The position numbers and the translations under genes were made by a program. A DNA stretch of 63,537 nucleotides, taken from contig CACLRL010000005.1 of the NCBI GenBank assembly GCA_902609285.1, forward strand, positions 1-63,537, in the 5' to 3' direction. Source of the DNA: an uncultured Candidatus Actinomarina sp. GTDB lineage: Bacteria; Actinomycetota; Acidimicrobiia; Actinomarinales; Actinomarinaceae. Each line of letters opens with the position of its first letter. Position 1 is the stretch's first letter. The notes beneath the pieces are model-generated. The model was not told the DNA's origin and ran no database searches. It was given only the letters and a program-made list of their open reading frames with translations. This document shows positions 1 to 7,826 of this stretch, piece after piece.

Positions 1-598
1 CTTCTTTAGAAAATGGTTTTTGCTCAGCAGTTCCTTGAATTTCTAATATCTCATAGTTGTCATTTAGTACAAGATTTAAATCTACTTGAGCACTTGAATC
101 TTTTTCATAATCTAAATCAGCAATAAAATCTCCATCAACTATTCCAACTGACAATGCAGCAATTTGGTTTGTTAGGGGGTTTTGAACTAATTTTTTTTGA
201 TCAACAAGGTTATTGAAAGTCTCATTAAGTGCAATCCATGCACCATTGATTGATGCTGTTCTTGTTCCTCCATCTGCATCAAGAACATCACAGTCGACTG
301 TTATTGAGTATCCATTTAATATTCCAAGGTCACATACAGATCGAAGTGATCTGCCAATCAGTCTTGATATTTCCTTTGACCTTCCCCCTTCAAAAGATTT
401 TCGTGAAACTCTTTGATCAGAAGAGCCAGGCAACATGTTGTATTCAGCTGTAAGCCAGCCCTTATCTGAGTTTTCAAGCCATCTTGGAACTCTATCTGAA
501 ATAGAGACTGTTATTAATACTTTCGTATTTCCTGACTCATAGAGAACTGATGTATTTTCAGAGTTAATAAAATTCTTTGTTACTTTGATATCTCTCAT
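1..598 (-). CDS. rph: Ribonuclease PH (C-terminus runs off the window edge)
   Basis: Not in the ORF track because it is open at the edge. The minus-strand ATG at 598-596 translates to MRDIKVTKNF..GNTKVLITVS..GWLTAEYNMLPGSS..GGRSKEISRLIGRSLRSV..DCDVLDADGGTRTASINGAWIAL, which are canonical RNase PH motifs. Confidence 0.85.
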   Translation of the reverse strand, partial: MRDIKVTKNFINSENTSVLYESGNTKVLITVSISDRVPRWLENSDKGWLTAEYNMLPGSSDQRVSRKSFEGGRSKEISRLIGRSLRSVCDLGILNGYSITVDCDVLDADGGTRTASINGAWIALNETFNNLVDQKKLVQNPLTNQIAALSVGIVDGDFIADLDYEKDSSAQVDLNLVLNDNYEILEIQGTAEQKPFSKE

Positions 599-609
599 AA
601 AACTTTTTC

Positions 610-1260
610 TTAAGGTGATAGTCTAGTTATTTCCCATGAATTATCATTTTTAACATAAATAAAGCGATCATGGGTTCTGCTTCTTCTTCCCTGCCAAAAC
701 TCCCAGAAGCTTATATCAATGGCATATCCGCCCCAGTTATCAGGTCTTGGTATATCTTTTCCTTCGAATTCCTTTTCTAAATCTTGAATTTTCTCTTCAA
801 CTGTTTCTCTTCCTTTTATTTCAGAACTTTGACTGGAAGCTATTGCACTTAATTGTGCACCTCTTGGCCTGGAAGCAAAGTAATTGTCAGAAACTTCTTC
901 TGAAGTCTTCGAGATAATACCTTCAAGCCTTATTTGACGATGAAGTTCAGGCCAAAAGAATAATCCAGAAATATTTGGATTGTTATCCATCTCTTTACCT
1001 TTACTGCTTTGATAATCAGAATAAAAAACTAATTTATCATCGACAATATCTTTAAACAATACATAGCGAGACCTTGGTGTTCCTTCTTGAGTTATAGTCG
1101 ATATAGCCATAGCGTTTGCCTCATTTACTTCAGCGTCAATAGCAATTTGAAACCATGTATTGAATTGTTCTAATGGATCTTGATTAAGGTCTTCTAAATT
1201 GAGTGGTTTGTCTTCGTACTCAACTCTTATCTTTTTAACTTTGTCAGAGATGCTATCCAT
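610..1260 (-). CDS. pdxH: Pyridoxamine 5'-phosphate oxidase
   Basis: 216 aa with the C-terminal PNPOx signature (RLEG..YFASRPRGAQLSA..WGGY..FWQGRRSRTHDR..RLSP). Confidence 0.85.
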   Translation of the reverse strand: MDSISDKVKKIRVEYEDKPLNLEDLNQDPLEQFNTWFQIAIDAEVNEANAMAISTITQEGTPRSRYVLFKDIVDDKLVFYSDYQSSKGKEMDNNPNISGLFFWPELHRQIRLEGIISKTSEEVSDNYFASRPRGAQLSAIASSQSSEIKGRETVEEKIQDLEKEFEGKDIPRPDNWGGYAIDISFWEFWQGRRSRTHDRFIYVKNDNSWEITRLSP

Positions 1261-3525
1261 TTATTTAGATTTGATGTAATTTAATGCAGAACCAGCAAAA
1301 AACCAGGATATTTGATCTGAAGATAAAGAGTGATTGGCTTTAATGGTTTCTTGCTCTCCGTTTTCTTTCTCTAAGACAATCTCGATTGGAGTATCTACTT
1401 TTATATCGCTAAGACTCTTTATTGTCATTTTGTCGAATTGTTCAATTTTTTCATAATCATTTTTATCATCAAAAACTAAAGGCAAGATACCTTGTTTCTT
1501 CAAGTTTGCTTCATGAATCCTTGCAAAACTTTTGACCAAAACTACTTTGCAACCTCTAAATCTAGGTTCCATTGCTGCATGCTCTCTTGAAGATCCCTCT
1601 CCATAGTTTTCATCGCCGACAGCAACCCAGCTAACATTCTCAGCATGATAATTTTTTGCAATGTTTGGTAACGTATCAACTTCTTTTGTTAAAACATTTA
1701 CTCCATCGCCAGCATTTTCTGCGAAAGCATTATTTACTCCATTAAATAAGTTTTGAGAAATGTTTTCTAGGTGACCTCTGAATTGCAACCACTTACCGGC
1801 CGGTGATATATGATCAGTTGTACATTTTCCTTCTGCTTTCATTAATACACTCATTGATGCGTATTCACCCTCATTAGGTGCTTCAAAAGGGGTTAGTCTT
1901 TGTAATCTATTTGATTCAGGGTCAATTACCACCTCTACATCATCACCTGGTGTAGGTTGAATAAATCCCTCTAAAGTCTCTTCAAATCCTTTATCAGGTA
2001 ACTCATCTGCAATTGGTGGGTTGAGCGTTATCTCTTCTCCATCTTTACTTGTTAATGTATCGTCAAGAAAGTTGAAATCTAGCGTGCCACCAAGGGCAAG
2101 TCCTATTACTGTTTCGGGAGATCCAATAAATGATAATGTTTCTGCGTTTCCATCATTTCTTGCAGGGAAGTTTCTATTAAAGGATGAAACAATTGAATTA
2201 CTCTCTCCTTCTTTTATGTCATCTCTTTTCCATTGACCAATACAAGGACCGCATGCATTTGCTAGGACTGTTGCACCGATAGCCTCTAGATCTTTAAGAT
2301 AGCCATCACGCTCAATCGTGGCTCTTGTTTGTTCAGATCCAGGAGTAACCATTAAAGGAACTTTTGCTTTTAAACCATGCTTTGCTGCTTCTCTTGCAAT
2401 AAATGCAGCTCTTCCAATATCTTCATATGAGGAGTTTGTACATGATCCAATCAATGCACTAGAAATCTTAAGCGGATAGTCATTTGCGTTTGCATCTTCT
2501 TTTAATCCAGAGATCGGGCGTGCTAGATCAGGTGTGTGTGGTCCAACAATGTGTGGCTCTAATTCATCAAGATTAATTTCAATAACTTGATTGAAATAAT
2601 TTTCGGGATTATTTAGAACTTCTTCATCAGCAGTGAGTAAATCCATTCTAGAGTTTGCTAATTCAGCTATCTCTTTTCTACCAGTAGCTTTTAAGTAATC
2701 ACTTCCCTTTTCATCGTATGGAAAGATTGAGCATGTTGCACCAATTTCGGCACCCATATTTGTGATGGTTGCTTTACCTGTAGTTGAAATAGTTTGTGTT
2801 CCCTCGCCAAAGTATTCGACTATTGCATTTGTAGCTCCCTTAACGGTGAGAATTTCTGCTACTTTTAAAATAATATCTTTTGGTGACGTCCATCCGCTCA
2901 ATGATCCTGTTAATTTAACACCAATCAAACTTGGAATCTTTGTATTAAATGACATACCAGCCATAACATCAACAGCGTCTGCACCACCGACTCCAATGGC
3001 AATCATTGATAATCCGCCAGCATTAGGTGTATGGCTGTCAGTACCAATCATCATTCCTCCAGGAAATGCATATTGTTCGAGAACAACCTGATGAATAATT
3101 CCAGCCCCTGGTCCCCAGAATCCTATTTCATATTTTTCTGAAGCAGTTCTTAGAAAATCGAAAACCTCTTTATGTGTTTTATTTGCAACTTGAAGGTCTG
3201 TACTTGCACCCTCATATGCTTGAATTAAATGGTCACAGTGTACCGTCGTTGGTACTGCTGTTTCAGGTAAATCTGCTTGCATAAATTGTAATAAAGCCAT
3301 CTGAGCTGTTGCATCTTGCATGGCGACTCTATCTGGAGCAAAATCTCCATAATCTTCACCTTTATTCAAAGAAACAGATGAAATGTCTGTTGCATGTCCA
3401 AAAAGAAGTTTTTCAGCAAGAGTAAGAGGGGCATCTTTTCTTGCCCTTAAACTGTTTATATTCTCGGTTAACTTTTCATAAACCGAGGAAACTAAACTTG
3501 GTGGTGTTACTGATAAATCCATCAA
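1261..3525 (-). CDS. acn: Aconitate hydratase, short (754 aa) mitochondrial-type form
   Basis: Aconitase motifs are present: PDRVAMQDATAQMA, IGTDSHTPN, GVGGADAVDVMAG, LIGSCTNSSYED, ANACGPCIGQW and GDENYGEGSSREHAA. Length and block order match the ACO2-type enzyme rather than the ~900 aa AcnA/AcnB. Confidence 0.9.
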   Translation of the reverse strand: MMDLSVTPPSLVSSVYEKLTENINSLRARKDAPLTLAEKLLFGHATDISSVSLNKGEDYGDFAPDRVAMQDATAQMALLQFMQADLPETAVPTTVHCDHLIQAYEGASTDLQVANKTHKEVFDFLRTASEKYEIGFWGPGAGIIHQVVLEQYAFPGGMMIGTDSHTPNAGGLSMIAIGVGGADAVDVMAGMSFNTKIPSLIGVKLTGSLSGWTSPKDIILKVAEILTVKGATNAIVEYFGEGTQTISTTGKATITNMGAEIGATCSIFPYDEKGSDYLKATGRKEIAELANSRMDLLTADEEVLNNPENYFNQVIEINLDELEPHIVGPHTPDLARPISGLKEDANANDYPLKISSALIGSCTNSSYEDIGRAAFIAREAAKHGLKAKVPLMVTPGSEQTRATIERDGYLKDLEAIGATVLANACGPCIGQWKRDDIKEGESNSIVSSFNRNFPARNDGNAETLSFIGSPETVIGLALGGTLDFNFLDDTLTSKDGEEITLNPPIADELPDKGFEETLEGFIQPTPGDDVEVVIDPESNRLQRLTPFEAPNEGEYASMSVLMKAEGKCTTDHISPAGKWLQFRGHLENISQNLFNGVNNAFAENAGDGVNVLTKEVDTLPNIAKNYHAENVSWVAVGDENYGEGSSREHAAMEPRFRGCKVVLVKSFARIHEANLKKQGILPLVFDDKNDYEKIEQFDKMTIKSLSDIKVDTPIEIVLEKENGEQETIKANHSLSSDQISWFFAGSALNYIKSK

Positions 3526-3560
3526 TTTAATTATATTCTCATATAGTTCTTACTAAAACC

Positions 3561-5018
3561 TTATCTATATTCAGGACATGTTGTTTGGTAGTCACAATTA
3601 GCACACCAATCACCAACATTAAAAGAAGGTGATAACGAATCATTAGGATTCCAATTCGCGACTGTTTGTGCTTTATCCTCGAATTTTTTAATTATTGAAT
3701 CAAACTCACTTTCGCCAAATTTTCTCTTTTTTAACTTTCCACCATCTTTATTTGTATAAATATGAAAAACATACACTTCGTCTTCTTTAAGCAATAATTT
3801 TGCACCTAATGCGTATAGCTCTGCCTCTGTTAAATCATCATTACTTTCTTGACCAGTTTTTAGCTCTATTACAAGCCCTTTACCTTTATATCGTCCGACA
3901 AGATCTGCTTGCCCCATAAAGGTAACAGCTACTTTGTCATCTCTTAACTCCATTTTTGAATTAGAAACTATCCCATCCGTAACTACTGAGAATCCAAGAC
4001 CATACTCCGATAATTTAATTTCTAGATCATTTTTATTTTCTACTTCAGTATCTAGAGCTTGAATAAGTTCTTCATATTTTTTAAGGATTTGTATCGCAAA
4101 TTTTTCTTCTTCGTTTCCAAGCATTTCTTTTAAGCGCTCTATTTCTTTTTTCCCAAATATATCTTCATTTTTTTCGAGCATTCTTTGTGAGTAAGTATGA
4201 AATTTTTGCCCAAGTTCTGCTTCAAACGACTCTTTTTCAATATCTTTTGGTATTGCATATTGAGCTCTCCAAGATGTCCAACGTTCACATGTTCCTAGAT
4301 TCATCAAATTGGATTTGCTTATGAGGATCCCTCTAAAATTTGACTTTGGTTCCTGTCCGTCAACTACAGGGTACTGGCCACATCTCGATGGACGAGAACA
4401 CATATAACAATGTAAACCAGGTGTTGCTTGCTTTCTATTGGTTTCAAATTCTCTGATTGTCTCGAAATAGTTTTCAATTATCTCTTTAGAGTTTTCAGGT
4501 TCTTTTATTTCATCAAAATCATCATTGATCAGTTGAGCTGTTAGAAATGTCTCTCCTTCAAGTTTGGTCTCAGCAACTATTGCTTTGTCTATGTCTTCTA
4601 CATCTGATACTCCTGCTTTAAGTTTTATATATTCACTATTGTCTTCATCCTGAAACTGGTATTGGAATGATGTATACATACCTCTTTGTTCACCATCAAT
4701 ATCTTTAGATACTTCTTGTCTAAAAAAATCTATATTTACTTGTGGTAAAGGTTTTGGAACTAACGCCCTAAATCGTGCAAAGAGTTCTGACATTATTTTT
4801 CTTTGGAGAGGGTCGTAATATTGAAAATTTTCTTCTGCTACTTTTACGGCTACTTCATCATCGGCATCGTTAATCATCCAATCAGATATAGCATTATGAA
4901 CTCCACTCCATCTGTCCAATCGAGAATTTGGCGTTAGGGTTTTTGGCCCAATAGATTGATGACACTCAGATATTTTTTTGACATCATACGTCTTATAGAA
5001 CTTATTGCCCTGGTTCAT
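3561..5018 (-). CDS. PD-(D/E)XK (RecB/Cas4-like) nuclease with Fe-S cysteine motifs
   Basis: The C-terminal half carries GQADLV (D), ELK (ExK), TEAELYAL (QxxxY-like) and a terminal CANCDYQTTC (CxxCx5C), as in Cas4/AddB nuclease domains. A second CxxCx5C (CYMCSRPSRC) lies mid-protein. Confidence 0.6.
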   Translation of the reverse strand: MNQGNKFYKTYDVKKISECHQSIGPKTLTPNSRLDRWSGVHNAISDWMINDADDEVAVKVAEENFQYYDPLQRKIMSELFARFRALVPKPLPQVNIDFFRQEVSKDIDGEQRGMYTSFQYQFQDEDNSEYIKLKAGVSDVEDIDKAIVAETKLEGETFLTAQLINDDFDEIKEPENSKEIIENYFETIREFETNRKQATPGLHCYMCSRPSRCGQYPVVDGQEPKSNFRGILISKSNLMNLGTCERWTSWRAQYAIPKDIEKESFEAELGQKFHTYSQRMLEKNEDIFGKKEIERLKEMLGNEEEKFAIQILKKYEELIQALDTEVENKNDLEIKLSEYGLGFSVVTDGIVSNSKMELRDDKVAVTFMGQADLVGRYKGKGLVIELKTGQESNDDLTEAELYALGAKLLLKEDEVYVFHIYTNKDGGKLKKRKFGESEFDSIIKKFEDKAQTVANWNPNDSLSPSFNVGDWCANCDYQTTCPEYR

Positions 5019-5101
5019 ACTTTAAAGATAATTGAAAATTTCTTGAGATTGTGTATTTAATCAAATTTAGGTATCAAAATAAATAAATTTATACTTAAAT
5101 T

Positions 5102-5509
5102 ATGAAATTTAAATATATGACTCTAGTCCTTTTATCAATGATGTTTTGTTCCTCAAATCCATATGAAGAGGAATTAACTCTTAATGGTGATGCATTATTT
5201 ACAGAAATAAGCAATTTTGAAGATATAGATAAAGATCTAGATAGCCAATGTTCATTGCTTGAGGAAGAGCGGGAGTACCACGAAAATGATAGTTTGCCCC
5301 TTGCATTCTTTGTTGAATATGAATATTACAAGTACAGATATGTTGGTGGATCTCCAGAAAATGTGGAGAAATATCTAAATTCATTATTTTTTTATTGTGA
5401 CATGGGAGATGTTTTTACAGAAAATTGGAATAGCCTAGAATATCAGGAAAATCTTTATCAACAACTAGCTTCCGCACCCATTGAACCAATTGGAATTATT
5501 GATAAATAA
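5102..5509 (+). CDS. Hypothetical acidic secreted protein or lipoprotein
   Basis: 135 aa ORF with an N-terminal signal-like segment ending in MMFCSS (possible lipobox). I recognise no family. Confidence 0.4.
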   Translation: MKFKYMTLVLLSMMFCSSNPYEEELTLNGDALFTEISNFEDIDKDLDSQCSLLEEEREYHENDSLPLAFFVEYEYYKYRYVGGSPENVEKYLNSLFFYCDMGDVFTENWNSLEYQENLYQQLASAPIEPIGIIDK

Positions 5510-5517
5510 ATAATGAA

Positions 5518-6336
5518 CTAGAAGTTAAAGATTGAATCTGGTGAATAGCCAATTGACTCAAGCGCTGGCTTAACTGCTTCAGAGTTCATCTTTGGTGGTC
5601 CGCATAATAGTATTAAGGTCTCCTCACTAGGTTCAGGCATAGTATTTCTAATCATTTCCTCATCAATGAAACCTGTAAATCCTAACCATCCATCATCTGC
5701 TTTATCTAATGTATAGTGAACCTCGAATCGATCTGAAAAGTCTCTATCTGGATTTTCTAATTTGTCTCTTAATATAATGTCTTTCTCTTCTTTATTAGCA
5801 AACAATAGACTCAATTTTGTTGGATCATTTTCATTTCTTAAGATAGCTCGGATAATTTGAATCATAGGTGTTATTCCAGTTCCTCCTGCAATCATTCCGA
5901 CATTCTTAACTTTTTTTTCAATGATTTCACCACCCTGTGACTTGAGTTGTTTAATATTAAATATCCCATCCCCCATATATTCAAGTCTTCCATAAGGACC
6001 TCGAAATGAGAAGCTATCTCCTATCTCAAGGGTATCAATCTTTTGAGACATTACACCACCTTCAGGAAAGTCAGGGTGTACGTTTGATCTGTAAACTTTA
6101 ATCACAAAATCAACAAACCCTTTGTCAACATCTGAAGATACTGGAGTGTATGATTTTGATACTGGTTCACCATTTTCATCCTCAAACATAAGTGAAATAT
6201 GTTTACCAGTAGGGAGTCCTAAAATATCATCTTCATTTGGGAATGCAAATCGATAACGATTTGTATCATGAGTTATTTCAACTTTTTCAATTAATTTGAG
6301 TTCAATTATTTCATCTGGTTTTAGAATTGTGTTCAT
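5518..6336 (-). CDS. NADH-cytochrome b5 reductase-like FAD/NAD(P) oxidoreductase (FNR superfamily)
   Basis: Collinear CYB5R-type motifs: RYRFAFP, YTPVSS, KGFVDFVIKVY, GGVMSQ, MIAGGTGITPM, LLFANKEEKDI, LCGPPKM and a terminal F.F. Confidence 0.75.
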   Translation of the reverse strand: MNTILKPDEIIELKLIEKVEITHDTNRYRFAFPNEDDILGLPTGKHISLMFEDENGEPVSKSYTPVSSDVDKGFVDFVIKVYRSNVHPDFPEGGVMSQKIDTLEIGDSFSFRGPYGRLEYMGDGIFNIKQLKSQGGEIIEKKVKNVGMIAGGTGITPMIQIIRAILRNENDPTKLSLLFANKEEKDIILRDKLENPDRDFSDRFEVHYTLDKADDGWLGFTGFIDEEMIRNTMPEPSEETLILLCGPPKMNSEAVKPALESIGYSPDSIFNF

Positions 6337-6456
6337 AAATTAAGAGTAATAAACGAACAAATTAAGACACAAAAGAAATATTGAATAAATGCATACCTGT
6401 GGCCTCAAATAGGCTCTATCACTGCCAAAACTGCCAAAACTCCTAAAAGTAAATGT

Positions 6457-7362
6457 TCAATTAAGATCAAAAAGACTTGAAAATAAACTCCTGTATTTTT
6501 CAGAATTGCTTTCGAGGGCTTCACCATGATTACGACAGTCATTGAATTCTTTAATATTAGAACTTATACCCAATAATTCCTGTAAATCTTGTATTTGTCC
6601 TTCAGGGATGATTTCGTCATTACCACAAGAAATTAAAATTGTGGGAATTCCTATTCCACTACTTGAATCAAATTTTTCCTGAACAGAATTAAATTCAAAA
6701 TTATAAATGAGATTACTTAACAAAACTGTCCCTGGTTTAAGCAGATTTGCCATTGCAGTATTAAGAGGCGTCCTATAAGCAACTTGATCGGTAAAAACAG
6801 CTAACAGGTCCATATAGGGACTTTCTGCAAAGATTCCAACAATCTCAACACCCAAGTTCTGCTGATCAAAATCTAATCCTGTAAGTAATGCAGTTGTTGC
6901 GCCATAACTAAACCCCCAAATGCCAAACCTAGTTAAATCTTTGGCATCTCTGTAATATGCAATCGTATTAAATACGTCATTTACTTCGTCTACTCCAAAA
7001 GTAAAATCACCCTCCCCAGATTTTCCATGATTACGAAAATCAACTGCAATAATTGAATAACCAAGATTGTTAAACTCTGCGATTTTATCCAATATTTCCT
7101 GATCAGCTTTTTGACTTCTCAGCCCATGCAACATAATTATTGTGATATCAGAATTATTTGGTATCCACCACGTAGAAAGCGAGCTTTGAGAAGTCAAGAT
7201 ATCATTCTCCTCATAAATTAGACCAAGACTTTCAGGTGTTGATTCATAGACTTCATCTCCAATGCTAAATGCTGAAAAAGCCACAAAAAATGATAGAAAA
7301 AAATATAGAAAAACGATTACAAAAAGAAAGATGAAAATCTTTTTATTTTTTATTAGGTTCAT
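6457..7362 (-). CDS. Membrane-anchored alpha/beta hydrolase
   Basis: N-terminal TM helix, then HGLRSQK (oxyanion region), a GFSYGA nucleophile elbow and a C-terminal His region. Confidence 0.7.
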   Translation of the reverse strand: MNLIKNKKIFIFLFVIVFLYFFLSFFVAFSAFSIGDEVYESTPESLGLIYEENDILTSQSSLSTWWIPNNSDITIIMLHGLRSQKADQEILDKIAEFNNLGYSIIAVDFRNHGKSGEGDFTFGVDEVNDVFNTIAYYRDAKDLTRFGIWGFSYGATTALLTGLDFDQQNLGVEIVGIFAESPYMDLLAVFTDQVAYRTPLNTAMANLLKPGTVLLSNLIYNFEFNSVQEKFDSSSGIGIPTILISCGNDEIIPEGQIQDLQELLGISSNIKEFNDCRNHGEALESNSEKYRSLFSSLFDLN

Positions 7363-7780
7363 TCACATGTGACTTATTTGTTGGAATTTTAAAACCAACC
7401 AACCAAAAACTAAAAATTCCAGAAGCAAACAATACAATTCGAATAGCTGGATTATCTATAAACATTGGTGAGATAGGAATAAGGGAGAGTGTTACGGTAA
7501 CTAACATCATTGTTTGGGCATAAATCTTTGTCTTGAAAGTTATTCCTTTACCTTTTTTAAAATCAAGTACATACTTACCAAATCTTGGATGGTTGATTAA
7601 CCATTTGTACATCCTGTCAGAAGATCGTAAAAAAAGTATTGATGAGAGGATCATAAAAGGTGTTGTAGGAAGGCCAGGTATGATAATTCCAATTGCACCG
7701 AGGGAAAAACTTATAATTCCTAAAATCATATAAATTATCTTTTTGAAGTTTAACTTTGATAGATTCATGAAATATAACAA
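7343..7780 (-). CDS. DUF454 (YbaN-like) inner membrane protein
   Basis: GIIIPGLPTTPFMILSS..RMYKWLINHPRFGKY is typical of the YbaN/DUF454 family. Confidence 0.7.
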   Translation of the reverse strand: MLYFMNLSKLNFKKIIYMILGIISFSLGAIGIIIPGLPTTPFMILSSILFLRSSDRMYKWLINHPRFGKYVLDFKKGKGITFKTKIYAQTMMLVTVTLSLIPISPMFIDNPAIRIVLFASGIFSFWLVGFKIPTNKSHVNEPNKK

Positions 7781-7826
7781 TACAGTTTATGTGTCATATC
7801 CATAATTGAGAGTGTAAAATTGTAAG

